DNA of 44,826 nucleotides from Chthoniobacteraceae bacterium (GCA_031409335.1 JANNWY010000310.1:1-44826), one strand, 5' to 3'. Positions 28,182 to 38,879 are shown, numbered from the stretch's first letter. A program made the numbers and translations. Notes: a model not told the origin generated them from the sequence alone.

Positions 28182-30011
28182 TTAAACAAAAAGCATGTAG
28201 AAGATCAGCCCCACGACGCCGACGCCGAAGAGGAACGCGTAACCCTGGAGATTTCCAAACTGGAAAAAGCGGAGCACAAATCCACCCGCCCATGCCGCGC
28301 CGCTGAGGCCGCGCACGAACACGCCGTCGATGACCCATTTGTCAAAGTAACTCGACAGGCTCGCGAGCAAGTCCTGCGTGCCGGCGATGAGCGCGGCGTA
28401 GAGTTCGTCGAAGTAGAACTTGTTCTTGAAAATGGGGATGAGGATCGGGTCTTTCTGTCTCCCGGAATAAAGCACCCAGCCGCCAGCCGTGCCGGCGAGG
28501 AAGGCGAGCGTGGCGAGGATCGGGACGACCAGCGTGTGCGCGGGCCACTTGGCACCTGCGATGGCGTGCTCGAAGAAATGCTCGGTGCCGTAGGCGGAGC
28601 AGATCGAGAGCACCGCGAGGACGAGGAGCGGCGCGGTCATCATTAGCGGGCCATCGTGGCAGTGCCCGGCGGCGTGGGTGCGCGGCTTGCCGAGGAAGGT
28701 GACGACGAACAGGCGCGTCATGTAAAACGCGGTAAGGAACGCGGTGGCAAGCGCGAGCAGAAAGATGAGGATGTTATTCTGATACGCGGCCAGCAGGATC
28801 GCGTCCTTTGAGAAAAATCCGCTGAGGAATGGGAAGCCGATGAGCGCGAGATAGCCGGCGGTGAACGCGCGGAAGGTCCATTTCATCGACTTGCCGAGGC
28901 CGCCCATTTTCCAGATGTCCTGCTCGTGATGCAGCGCGTGGATGATCGCGCCTGCGCCGAGGAAGAGCAGCGCTTTGAAGAACGCGTGCGTGTAAAGATG
29001 GAACATCGCCGGGCCGGGCGCGGCGAGGCCGATGGCGGAGATCATGTAGCCGAGCTGCGAGAGCGTGGAGTAGGCGAGGATGCGCTTAATGTCGTCCTGC
29101 TGGGTGGCCATGAGCGCGGCGAGGACGGCGGTGAGGATGCCGATCCACGCGATGATGCCCTGTGCGGCGGGGCTGAGCTGGATGAGGAAAAACACGCGCG
29201 CGAGCATGTAAACGCCCGCGGCGACCATGGTCGCGGCGTGGATGAGCGCGGAGACGGGCGTCGGGCCTTCCATGGCGTCGGGCAGCCAGACGTGGAGGGG
29301 AAGTTGCGCACTTTTTCCCACTGCGCCGCAGAAGATCAGGAGCACGGCGGCGGTGAGGAAACCGGGCGTCGCGGTGAGCGTCGGGATCGCCTTCTCGATT
29401 TCCGTAAAGACGACCGAACCGGTCCACGCCCACACCATCAGGATGCCGAGCATGAAGCCGAAGTCGCCGATGCGATTGGCGAGGAAGGCTTTGTTTGCGG
29501 CCGCGGCGGCGCTGTCTTTTGTGAACCAGTGCCCAATCAATAGATAGCTACTAACTCCGACTAGCTCCCAGAAGATGAACATCATCGCGAAGTTGTTCGC
29601 GAGGACGATGCCGAGCATCGAGAACATGAAGAGCGACAAGTTGCCGAAGAAGCGCGCCTTGCCCGCGTCGTCCTTCATGTAAACGGTCGAGTAAATGTGG
29701 ACGAGCGCGCCGACGCCGGTGACGACGAGCAGCATCACGGCGCTGAGCGAATCGATGACGATGCCGATCGGCACGCGGAGCGCGGTGCCGAAATCGAGCC
29801 AGCGGATTTCATTGACGAATTTGAAATCTGGCTTCAGCCCGGCGGCAGTTGAGAAGGAGGAAAATGCGGCAATTGCGGCGATCAATCCGAGCACGGAAGA
29901 CAGCACCGAGACGGTCGCGCAGGTGCCCGGCGATTTGCGCAGGATGAAATGCACGAGCACCGCTGCGATGAGCGGGTTTAGGAGAATGAACCAGGCGAGA
30001 TTCGGGTCCAT
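28182..30011 (-). CDS. nuoL: NADH-quinone oxidoreductase subunit L
   Basis: WELVGVSSYLLIG, NRIGD, KSAQLPLHVWLPDAMEGPTPVSALIHAATMV, HAFFKALLFL. Confidence 0.97.
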   Translation of the reverse strand: MDPNLAWFILLNPLIAAVLVHFILRKSPGTCATVSVLSSVLGLIAAIAAFSSFSTAAGLKPDFKFVNEIRWLDFGTALRVPIGIVIDSLSAVMLLVVTGVGALVHIYSTVYMKDDAGKARFFGNLSLFMFSMLGIVLANNFAMMFIFWELVGVSSYLLIGHWFTKDSAAAAANKAFLANRIGDFGFMLGILMVWAWTGSVVFTEIEKAIPTLTATPGFLTAAVLLIFCGAVGKSAQLPLHVWLPDAMEGPTPVSALIHAATMVAAGVYMLARVFFLIQLSPAAQGIIAWIGILTAVLAALMATQQDDIKRILAYSTLSQLGYMISAIGLAAPGPAMFHLYTHAFFKALLFLGAGAIIHALHHEQDIWKMGGLGKSMKWTFRAFTAGYLALIGFPFLSGFFSKDAILLAAYQNNILIFLLALATAFLTAFYMTRLFVVTFLGKPRTHAAGHCHDGPLMMTAPLLVLAVLSICSAYGTEHFFEHAIAGAKWPAHTLVVPILATLAFLAGTAGGWVLYSGRQKDPILIPIFKNKFYFDELYAALIAGTQDLLASLSSYFDKWVIDGVFVRGLSGAAWAGGFVLRFFQFGNLQGYAFLFGVGVVGLIFYMLFV

Positions 30012-30027
30012 TTTCTAGGGAGAAAGG

Positions 30028-30190
<163 letters not shown>

Positions 30191-30194
30191 TGCC

Positions 30195-30518
30195 TTAAAA
30201 CTTCAAAGAGGCGATGTCCTCGACATGCGTGGTCGCCCGTGCGCGGAAAAGCGCGACGATGATGGCGAGGCCGACGGCGACCTCGGCGGCGGCGACGGTG
30301 ATGATGAAAAACACGAGGACTTGCGCGTTGTAATTCGGCAGGCCGTTGGCACCGACGTTGTAGCGGGAGAAGGCGACGAGCGAGAGATTCGCGGCGTTCA
30401 GCATCAGCTCCAAGCACATGAAGATCGCGATGATATTCCGTCGCAGGAGCACGCCGGCGAAGCCGATCGTAAAAAGCAGCCCGCTCACAGCGAGGAAGTG
30501 ATTGAGCGTGATTGTCAT
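30195..30518 (-). CDS. nuoK: NADH-quinone oxidoreductase subunit K
   Basis: [26 protein letters not shown]. Confidence 0.96.
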   Translation of the reverse strand: MTITLNHFLAVSGLLFTIGFAGVLLRRNIIAIFMCLELMLNAANLSLVAFSRYNVGANGLPNYNAQVLVFFIITVAAAEVAVGLAIIVALFRARATTHVEDIASLKF

Positions 30519-31021
30519 TTGAGTTCGCGCTTGGAAAGAATGACGACGCCGATGGTCGCGACGAGGATGAGCACGCCGATGACTTGGAAAGGGAGATTGT
30601 GCGTGGAGAAAAGCGTGGTGCCGATCTCGTGGACGTCATCGACTTTCACTCCCGCGGGCAATTCGGGGAATGGCTGATGGCCGGGTGCGAAGCGACTGAG
30701 GACGATGAGCATTTCCGCCGCGAATCCCAGCGCCACTGCACCGCCCGCGGCGTAGGTCAGCGGGTTGATCTTGCGCCGCGTCTCGGCCTTCAAATCGAGC
30801 AGCATGATGATGAAAAGAAAGAGCACCATGACCGCGCCGGCATAGACCAAGATTTGGATGACGCCGATGAAGAAGGCATCAAGTCCGACGAACAGCGCGG
30901 CAAGTCCAAGGAAGGACACGACAAGACTGAGCGCGCTCGCGATCGGGTTGCGGTTCGCGACGACGGCGACGCCGAAGACGAGCGTCATGATCGCGAAAAG
31001 ATAGAACAGGATGGGGGACAT
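30515..31021 (-). CDS. nuoJ: NADH-quinone oxidoreductase subunit J
   Basis: [29 protein letters not shown]. Confidence 0.95.
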   Translation of the reverse strand: MSPILFYLFAIMTLVFGVAVVANRNPIASALSLVVSFLGLAALFVGLDAFFIGVIQILVYAGAVMVLFLFIIMLLDLKAETRRKINPLTYAAGGAVALGFAAEMLIVLSRFAPGHQPFPELPAGVKVDDVHEIGTTLFSTHNLPFQVIGVLILVATIGVVILSKRELK

Positions 31022-31023
31022 CA

Positions 31024-31140
31024 GCGATTGCGGATTGCGGATTGCGGATTGCGGATTGCAGACTTTTTGCGACGCGCACAAGCCGACGGGAACGCTTGGG
31101 CGTTCTGCAATCCGCAATCCGCAATCGTCAATCCGCAATT
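31024..31140. repeat. heptamer-arm inverted element (gattgcg)n..(cgcaatc)n
   Basis: about 5 x gattgcg at 31026-31060 and reverse-complement units at 31106-31139. Confidence 0.88.
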
Positions 31141-31670
31141 CATTTCAGCGGATTCCACTTGTGAACGAGGCCGTCCATCACGCCTCCGAGTTCGTACAGC
31201 TTCTCTTTGTCGTGCACCATCTCGGCGCGGGTGATGCCGGTAATGGCGTAGTCTTTCCGCAGATAGATCGCCTGCTCGGGGCAAACCTCTTCGCAGAGGC
31301 CGCAGTAAATGCAGCGAATCATGTCGATGTTGAATTCCTTCGGGCGCTTCTCGACTTTCGCGAACTTCGAGTCGCCGGGGATTTCTTCGGGAACGATCGT
31401 GATGGCACGCGGCGGGCAGATGAATTCGCAGAGTTGGCAGGCGACGCAGCGCTCGCGGTCGTGATCGTCTTTCACCAGCGTCGGCGCGCCGCGATAGTGC
31501 TCGGGCAGATTCGCGTCCCACTTTTCCTCGGGATATTGCATCGCGACCTTGGTCTCTCCGGCGAGCATCTTGCGCAGATGTTTGAAGGTGATCGCGAGCC
31601 CGGCAACGATCGACGGGAGATACATCTTCTCGGCAAAGGTGAGCTTGGGGCGTGGGACGGTGTAAGCCAT
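31140..31670 (-). CDS. nuoI: NADH-quinone oxidoreductase subunit I
   Basis: CVACQLCEFICP and CIYCGLCEEVCP ferredoxin motifs; QYPEE. Confidence 0.96.
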   Translation of the reverse strand: MAYTVPRPKLTFAEKMYLPSIVAGLAITFKHLRKMLAGETKVAMQYPEEKWDANLPEHYRGAPTLVKDDHDRERCVACQLCEFICPPRAITIVPEEIPGDSKFAKVEKRPKEFNIDMIRCIYCGLCEEVCPEQAIYLRKDYAITGITRAEMVHDKEKLYELGGVMDGLVHKWNPLK

Positions 31671-31681
31671 GACTTAGGAAA

Positions 31682-31801
<120 letters not shown>

Positions 31802-31804
<3 letters not shown>

Positions 31805-32929
31805 TTTTACGAACGCCAGAATCCCGGCGGTGAGGAACATATTCACGAGCGCGATTTCAAAGAGATAGAGCCAGCCAATTTTCATCAGTTGGTCGAAGCG
31901 AAAGCGCGGCAGCGTCCAGCGCACCCAGATGAAAATGACGAGGAGCACGGCGACCTTTGCAAAGAAGGTGCCGATGCTGGCGAGGCCCCAGAACCAGCCC
32001 TGCGCGCCGCTCGGGAGAAATGGGACGTGCCAGCCGCCGAGGAAGAGCACGACGATGAGCGCGCTGCCAGCAATCATCGCGGTGTATTCGCCGAGGAAAA
32101 ACAGGGCGAATTTCATCGAGGAATATTCGGTGTGGTAGCCTGCCACTAACTCTGTTTCGGATTCAGGAAGATCGAATGGCAAGCGGTTCGTTTCCGCGAA
32201 CATCGAGATGGAGAAAGTGATGAAGGCGATGAGGATCGGCACCCAAAGCAGCAGTTCGCGCAGGCCAATGCTGCCATCGGTGATCGGTGCCAGCAGCCAG
32301 CCATTCGCGATTTGGTAATCGACGATCTTTGTAAGGCTGGTGGACGAGCAGATGAGCAGCACGGGAATCGCGCTCAGGCCCATGCAAAGCTCGTAGCTGA
32401 TCATCTGCGAGGTGCTGCGGATGCCACCGAGGAAGGGATACTTCGAGTTCGACGACCAGCCGGCGAGGACGATGCCGTAAACGCCGACGCTCGAAATCGC
32501 GAACATGAAGAGCAGCCCGACATTGATGTCCGCGACGACCAGCTTCGTGCCGAAGATTTCGCTGCCGAACGGGATCGCGGCGAGCGTGACGATGGCGGGC
32601 ATCATCGCGAGCGCGGGGGCGAGCCAGAAGTAGAGTTTGTTGACGTGGCCGGGCACGAAATCCTCTTTGAGTAGGAACTTCACGGCGTCCGCGACGGGCT
32701 GGCCTAGTCCGCCAAGGAAGGGCGAGAAGTCTTTCTTAAAACCCGGGATCAGCGAGAGCGGGAAGCCAGTGCGGTTCGGGCCGATGCGGTCTTGAATGAG
32801 CGCGCTGACGCGGCGCTCGGCATACACAGTGTAGCTCACCATCGGCAGCACGACGCCGAAAATCAGGAAGAGCGTTTTGCCGACGGACCACGCCAGCATT
32901 TCCCACGGGATCGAAGAGAGAAAATCCAT
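31802..32929 (-). CDS. nuoH: NADH-quinone oxidoreductase subunit H
   Basis: ERRVSALIQDRIGPNR, QMISYE, AETNRLPFDLPESETELVAGYHTEYS, RWTLPRFRFDQLM. Confidence 0.97.
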
Positions 32930-34590
32930 TACGCGACGGGCTGCTCCTCTGGTTTCGCCGCGGGCAGCGGCAGGCCAAGATCGCCGATTTTGCTGAGACT
33001 GAGTCCGGCGAATTCCTGCACGTCCGCAGCCATTGCCTTGAAGACATCTTCAATCATGTAGATGCCATTGGTGCCGCTGACAGATTGGATCAAGTCGCGC
33101 AGGATTTCCCAGTCATCACGCGCCTGGCCGGGTGCGGCGACGGCTTGATTCAGCCGTTGGAGACGGCCTTTCGCATTGACCATTGATCCGCGCTTTTCCA
33201 CCCACGCGCACGCGGGCAGCACGACTGCGGCGAGAGCGGTCGTGGCGTTTGGCAGGATGTCCATGGCGATGATCGTCACGCGCTTCGAGTCCGCCTCGAT
33301 GATGCCGGCTTTCACGAGATCTTCGCCGAGCGTGATGACGCATTTGATTTCACCGGCCTTCACCGCTTCGCCGATCTTCTTCAGCTTCGCGCCAGGCTTT
33401 GCACCCGTGACGCCGAGCAGCCGCGCGCCACTGGTGTTCGGATTGCGATCCGCGGAAATCAGGATGCCATCGGCCTCGCCCTTGCGCGGCACGATGTCGA
33501 AATGCTTCACGCCGAGCACGGTCGCGAGCCGCTTCGCGAGGTAGAGTTCCTCGTTCGTCATGCGCCCGCTCGCGATGAGCGCGATCGCTTCACCGGGCTG
33601 TGCCTTGATGAGTTGCCCGGCGATCGCGACTGCCGTCCGCCACTCAACGGTTTCGCCTTTCACCGTCGGGACTTTGAGCCGATCCGGGCGCGCGACGTAT
33701 TTGAAATTCAGCCGGTGCGAATCCGGCAGCCAGACGGAGTTCACGTCGTTGTTTTCGCGCGGGGTGATGCGGTAGATCACGTTGTCGCGCGAGCCGATAG
33801 TGATGTTGCAGCCGGTGCCGCAGTTCACGTCGATGGTCTTGGTTTCCTTGAGGAACCAGACGCGCATTTTGAAGCGGAAATCCGTCGAAGTCAGCGCGCC
33901 GACCGGGCAGATATCGACGGTGTTTAGGCTATAGTTAGAATCCAGAGTCTTATCTGGATGGCAGCCGATGGTGGTAAAGCTGCCGCGCTCCGTGAAGCCG
34001 AGCACGTCATCCTGCGCGACCTCATTCATAAAGCGAATGCAGCGTGAGCAAAGCACGCAGCGCTCGGCATCCAGCGTGACGCGCGGGCCAAGTTCCGTGT
34101 TCTTCGGCTTCTTGACTTTGTTCTCGAGGAAACGCGATTCACCGTTCCCGTATTCGACCGAAAATTCCTGCAACCGGCACTCGCCCGCCTGATCGCAAAT
34201 CGGGCAATCGAGCGGATGATTGATGAGCAGGAATTCCATCACACCCTTGCGGGAATCCTGCACCATCGCTGAGTCGGTGCGAATCCCCATGCCTTCGCTA
34301 ACATCCTGCGCGCAGCTAATCTGCGGGCGAGGAATCCAGTTGATCTCCGGCTTGCCATTCGCATCAAGGACTGGCTTGCGATCCGGCGTCATCTTCGGCG
34401 TACCGAGTTCCACCATGCACATGCGGCAGTTACCCGGCGAGGATAGCTTTGGATGGTAACAGTAACGCGGGATAAATTTCTGCGCTTGCCCGCACGCCTC
34501 GATGACACGGGTGCCTTTCGGGAACTGCATCCAGACTCCGTCGATCTGGACGTTGATCATTTGAACTACAGGCGGCGCTTCGGTGCTCAT
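32929..34590 (-). CDS. nuoG: NADH-quinone oxidoreductase subunit G
   Basis: CYHP..NCRMC, HPLDCPICDQAGEC, CVLCSRC, DICPVGALT. Confidence 0.95.
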   Translation of the reverse strand: MSTEAPPVVQMINVQIDGVWMQFPKGTRVIEACGQAQKFIPRYCYHPKLSSPGNCRMCMVELGTPKMTPDRKPVLDANGKPEINWIPRPQISCAQDVSEGMGIRTDSAMVQDSRKGVMEFLLINHPLDCPICDQAGECRLQEFSVEYGNGESRFLENKVKKPKNTELGPRVTLDAERCVLCSRCIRFMNEVAQDDVLGFTERGSFTTIGCHPDKTLDSNYSLNTVDICPVGALTSTDFRFKMRVWFLKETKTIDVNCGTGCNITIGSRDNVIYRITPRENNDVNSVWLPDSHRLNFKYVARPDRLKVPTVKGETVEWRTAVAIAGQLIKAQPGEAIALIASGRMTNEELYLAKRLATVLGVKHFDIVPRKGEADGILISADRNPNTSGARLLGVTGAKPGAKLKKIGEAVKAGEIKCVITLGEDLVKAGIIEADSKRVTIIAMDILPNATTALAAVVLPACAWVEKRGSMVNAKGRLQRLNQAVAAPGQARDDWEILRDLIQSVSGTNGIYMIEDVFKAMAADVQEFAGLSLSKIGDLGLPLPAAKPEEQPVA

Positions 34591-36546
34591 TTACTTGGTC
34601 GCAGCCGGAGCGAGCGGCGAGTTTGTCCGCGCGTCGCGAATGGTTTCTATGGTTTCGTGCTCGATCAATTCGTCGGAATTGTATTCCGGCGGCATCGGCG
34701 GTGGGGTGGGTTTGCGGGATTTGCCGGTGAATTCTTCGCGGAACTTGGCGACGAAACTTTGCGTCGGCCACGAGCAGGCTTCGCCGAAGGCACAGATGGT
34801 TTTTCCGGCGATGTTGTCGCCGATCTGTTTGAGCATGTCGGGATCGCGCTCGGTGCCACCTCCGGCGAGGATGCGATCCGTGATCTTCTTCATCCACAGC
34901 AAACCCTCGCGGCACGGCGTGCATTGGCCGCACGATTCGTGGGCGTAGAATTCGTTGATGTTATTCAGCGTCTCGACCATGTCGCGGGAGTCATCCATGA
35001 CGATGACGCCGCCCGAGCCAGCCATCGACCCGCACGCGGCGAGGCTGTCGAAATCCATCGGGATTTCCTCCAGCGTGATCTCGCGGTCCTTCAGCTTATA
35101 CTTCTCGCCTGCGCGCAACACCTTCGCGCTTGATCCGCCGGGGATCACCGCCTTCAAAGTCCGGCCCGGCTTCAAGCCGCCGCAAATGTCGTTGATGAGT
35201 TCACCCATCGTCACGCTACCTACCTCCAACTCATAATAACCCGGCTTCCGCACATCGCCGCTGACGCAGAGGATGCGCGTTCCAGTATTGTTAGGCTTGC
35301 CGATCTTGGCGTATTCCGCCCCGCCACCCATCGCGATGATATGCTTCACATCGCAGAGCGTTTCGACGTTGTTCACGATCGTTGGGCACTGATACAGCCC
35401 GAGCACGGCAGGGAAATACGGAGGCTTGATCCGTGGGTAAGCACGCTTGCCTTCCAGCGACTCGATCAAGCCTGTTTCTTCCCCGCAGATATAGGCTCCT
35501 GCGCCGCGATGCACATAGATTTCCAGATCGAAACCACTCTTGAGAATGTTCTTTCCGAGAAAGCCTTTCTCCCGCGCTTCGGCGAGCGCGTTTTCCAAAA
35601 TCCGCGCCCCTTCCGGGAACTCTCCACGAATATAAAGATAGGCAAGGTTCGCACCCACCGCGTAGGACGAAACGATCATCCCTTCGATCAACTGATGCGG
35701 ATCCTGATGAATGATATAGCGATCCTTGAAAGTCCCCGGCTCCGACTCATCAGCGTTGCAAATCAAATAGGTTGGCTTAGGCCCGCCGCGCTTGATGAAA
35801 CCCCACTTCACACCGCACGGAAACCCCGCGCCGCCACGTCCGCGAAGGCCGGACTTCTTAACCTCGTCCACGATCTCCTCCGGCTTCATCTTCAGCGCCT
35901 TCTTGAGGTCCTTGTAGCCACCATCCTTCACGTAGCAATCGATGTCCGGCGTCCATCCTTCGCGGTCGATGTTTTTGAAAACGATCCGCCTTTCCTTGGG
36001 GTGCGGCGCAAGCACTTTCGGTTTCGTAGCATCGCTCGTCTTTGCCTTAAGCAGCTTCCCCGCATCTTTCAGCGCGACATTCTCCTTGAATAGATCGTCC
36101 ACCAGCGCCACCGGCGCGCTGCCGCACGAGGCGAGGCATTCCACGAACTCGATCGAATACGCACCATCCGGCGACACCGCGACCGGATTCCCATGACCGC
36201 CATGCTGCTCGTGCGCCCATTTTTTCAGATCGATCCCCGCCGCCTTCGCGATCTCCTCCTTCAACTCATAACTCCCTGCCAGCGCGCACGACAGCGTGCG
36301 GCACACGCGCACATGGCGCTTCCCGGGGGGCACGCGGCGGAACATCGGATAGAAAGTCACCAACTCCAGCACGTTGATCGGCGCGAGCTCCAGCTTCGCC
36401 GCGATCCACGCGATCGCCTCGTCGGAAATGAAGCCGAAATGTTCCTGCCAAAGATGCAGCAGCGGCAGCGACGCCGAGCGTTTCGACACCGGATAATGGC
36501 TGATCGCCTCTTCGATTTGCGCTGAAAGTTCGGCAGGGATTTTCAT
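34591..36546 (-). CDS. nuoF: fused NADH-quinone oxidoreductase subunits E and F
   Basis: N-terminal NuoE (TFYPMF, CRTLSC, ECLASC) in frame with NuoF (GLRGRGGAGF, NADESEPGTFKD, GAGAYICGEET, ESCGQCTPCR). Confidence 0.94.
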   Translation of the reverse strand: MKIPAELSAQIEEAISHYPVSKRSASLPLLHLWQEHFGFISDEAIAWIAAKLELAPINVLELVTFYPMFRRVPPGKRHVRVCRTLSCALAGSYELKEEIAKAAGIDLKKWAHEQHGGHGNPVAVSPDGAYSIEFVECLASCGSAPVALVDDLFKENVALKDAGKLLKAKTSDATKPKVLAPHPKERRIVFKNIDREGWTPDIDCYVKDGGYKDLKKALKMKPEEIVDEVKKSGLRGRGGAGFPCGVKWGFIKRGGPKPTYLICNADESEPGTFKDRYIIHQDPHQLIEGMIVSSYAVGANLAYLYIRGEFPEGARILENALAEAREKGFLGKNILKSGFDLEIYVHRGAGAYICGEETGLIESLEGKRAYPRIKPPYFPAVLGLYQCPTIVNNVETLCDVKHIIAMGGGAEYAKIGKPNNTGTRILCVSGDVRKPGYYELEVGSVTMGELINDICGGLKPGRTLKAVIPGGSSAKVLRAGEKYKLKDREITLEEIPMDFDSLAACGSMAGSGGVIVMDDSRDMVETLNNINEFYAHESCGQCTPCREGLLWMKKITDRILAGGGTERDPDMLKQIGDNIAGKTICAFGEACSWPTQSFVAKFREEFTGKSRKPTPPPMPPEYNSDELIEHETIETIRDARTNSPLAPAATK

Positions 36547-36547
36547 C

Positions 36548-36889
36548 TCATTGTTGTGCCGGGGTGGTTTTCTCCGAGTCCGTGAACTTTGGGACTTCGG
36601 AGATCAGTTTGTTATCCACGAAATGAAGCTCGAGCGTCTCGTTCCCCTGCTGGTAGAAGTAACGAACGCCATCGAGAATCGGACGGCGTGTCTCCAGTGG
36701 AATGCTGAACGTTTCGATCCGGGTCGGCTGTCCGAGGATCGACTCGACCTCTTTTGGAGACAGGCCCTTGCCCGCCTTCTCGAGCGCTGCTTTCTGCCGG
36801 TTCACCACGGCGACATTCTGATTTGTGATGCGCGGACCACACGCGCCGGACGCGAAAACGATGAAAGAAAGAGCGGCGATGGATGCCAT
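36548..36889 (-). CDS. small lipoprotein with SmpA/OmlA-like motif
   Basis: hydrophobic stretch + lipobox-like SGA-C; GLSPKEVESILGQP; start uncertain. Confidence 0.65.
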   Translation of the reverse strand: MASIAALSFIVFASGACGPRITNQNVAVVNRQKAALEKAGKGLSPKEVESILGQPTRIETFSIPLETRRPILDGVRYFYQQGNETLELHFVDNKLISEVPKFTDSEKTTPAQQ

Positions 36890-36999
36890 TTGGCGCACAA
36901 TTTCGTGAGAATGCGAATGGTCACGGAGGCTCGCAAGGCAATTTGTGAAAAATTTCACAAGCGCCGTTTTTGCGACCGAAATCAATCGCCACGCGCGAG

Positions 37000-37848
37000 T
37001 CAGTTCGGGGCCAGCACGCGCCATCCCTCGCCAGCGCACATCACCCGATGCGGCTGCGCGAGCCGTTCGCACTCGGCCACGAATTCATCCGGCGACGCAG
37101 TGTTGAACTCGAACATTTCGTAATGGCACGGAACGACCCAGCGCGCGCCGCTGTCGTGGGCGAGTTGCGCGGCCTCGCGTCCGTTCAGATTTCCCGCCAC
37201 GCGCCGCTCGGGTTTGTTGCCGTTGATGGGCAGGAAGGCGACATCGATCGCGAAAGGCCGCAGTTTCTCCAAGAGCCCGGGATGGAGCAGCGTGTCGCCG
37301 CTGTGATAGAGCGCCCACCCGCCGATGCGCACGACGTAGCCGAGGTAATGGCAGCGCCCAGTCGCGTCGCGATCGATCGCATTGTGCGCCGCGGCGATGC
37401 CGTGGAACTCGAATCCGCCCACTGAGGCGGTCACGCCATCATCCAGCCCGACCGGCCCGGAAATGCTGATCCCAAGCCGGTTCGCGATGAATACACGATT
37501 CGCCTCGGGGATGACGAAAGCCAGCTCCGGATTCACGCGCATCAGCGGCGCGAGCGTCTCCGCGTCGAGATGGTCCGTGTGATTGTGGCTCGAAGTCACC
37601 ACATTGATCCCGGTCAGCTTTTCGGGCGCGATCACCCGCTCGGTCATGCGCACGTGCGGCTTGTCGGTGCCCGCGTATTTTGTCGTCAGCGAATCGGAAA
37701 GATACGGATCAAACAGCAGAGTTTTTCCCGCGCACTTCACCAAAAATCCGCTCTGCCCCAGCCACCAGACGCGCAACTCCTGCGGCGACGACGCAGGCTT
37801 TGCGATGTCCGCCAGAAGCTCGTCGTCCTTGCGAAATGCCGCGATCAC
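37000..37848 (-). CDS. MBL-fold metallo-hydrolase (UlaG-like)
   Basis: WWLGQSGF, DPYLSD, SHNHTDHLD, HSGDT, PCHYEMF; GTG start overlaps the upstream stop. Confidence 0.88.
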   Translation of the reverse strand: MIAAFRKDDELLADIAKPASSPQELRVWWLGQSGFLVKCAGKTLLFDPYLSDSLTTKYAGTDKPHVRMTERVIAPEKLTGINVVTSSHNHTDHLDAETLAPLMRVNPELAFVIPEANRVFIANRLGISISGPVGLDDGVTASVGGFEFHGIAAAHNAIDRDATGRCHYLGYVVRIGGWALYHSGDTLLHPGLLEKLRPFAIDVAFLPINGNKPERRVAGNLNGREAAQLAHDSGARWVVPCHYEMFEFNTASPDEFVAECERLAQPHRVMCAGEGWRVLAPN

Positions 37849-38879
37849 AGACCCAACTCCGCGCGCACGATCTTCACGCCAGCGACCATGTTCGCGAGCT
37901 TCTGCCGGGCTGCCCAGCGCGCCGTCTGGCTCAGGCCGCAATCGGGCGCGAACGACAATCTTTCAGCCGCCGCGTGTTGAAGACAAAGCCGCACGCGCGC
38001 GGCGACTTCCTCGGGCGGCTCGATGTAGTAGCTCTTCACGTCGATGATGCCGACCGCGACATCGAGATGCGGCGCGATCTTTTCCAGAATCGCGATTTCC
38101 GAAAACTCGCGGCTCGCCATTTCGAGGTGCAGTTCATCGACGGTGAGATCGTTGAACGCGGGGAACATCGGCGCGTAGCGGCGCAGGCCCACGGCGCGGC
38201 CCTTGAAATTGCCGAAGCAGAGATGCGTCGAGAGCCGGCATTTCCCGACGATCGGCGCGACCGTACGATTGAAAATTTCCACGAAACGCCGCGCGTCTTC
38301 CCGATGCGCGTAGCAACTCATCGACGGCTCATCCACCGTGATCTCGCGACAGCCTGCCGCGACCAGCGCCTCCAGCTCCGCGCGCACGATCGGCAGCAGC
38401 GCCTCCGTCAGCGCGTAGCGATCGCGATATTGCGCATTCGGCACCAGCCGTCCGCTCAGCGTGTAAGGCCCCGGCACGCTTGCCTTCAAAGTCGGCCCCG
38501 CGGGCGCGAGCTGTTGCAGCCGGCGAAATTCCTCCACCGCGCCGAGCCCGCGCGGCGCGCGCAATTCACCCACGACCGTGTGCTTCCCGCGCTGATCGTG
38601 CGCGGGCGGTCCGAACCTCCGCGGCGACGCGCCCTCCAGCTCCAGGCCTTCGAGAAATCCGTAAAACGACAAATTGAAATCCAGCCGCGTCTGCTCGCCA
38701 TCGGTCACCACATCGAGCCCCGCCGCGAGCTGATCTTGCAGCGCCGCGATCACGGCGTCATTTTGCATTTCCGCGAGATCATCTTTGCCAAACTGATCGA
38801 GATGCTGACACGCAAACTCAAGCCAGGAGGGAAATGGATAGCTGCCAATGACGGTGGTGCGAAGCGGACGGGGCTGCAT
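37845..38879 (-). CDS. cobalamin-independent methionine synthase, catalytic-domain-only (core) form
   Basis: TTVIGSYP, DGEQTR, VDEP, HLCFGN, APDCGL zinc ligands; 344 aa, no MetE N-terminal half. Confidence 0.87.
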   Translation of the reverse strand: MQPRPLRTTVIGSYPFPSWLEFACQHLDQFGKDDLAEMQNDAVIAALQDQLAAGLDVVTDGEQTRLDFNLSFYGFLEGLELEGASPRRFGPPAHDQRGKHTVVGELRAPRGLGAVEEFRRLQQLAPAGPTLKASVPGPYTLSGRLVPNAQYRDRYALTEALLPIVRAELEALVAAGCREITVDEPSMSCYAHREDARRFVEIFNRTVAPIVGKCRLSTHLCFGNFKGRAVGLRRYAPMFPAFNDLTVDELHLEMASREFSEIAILEKIAPHLDVAVGIIDVKSYYIEPPEEVAARVRLCLQHAAAERLSFAPDCGLSQTARWAARQKLANMVAGVKIVRAELGL

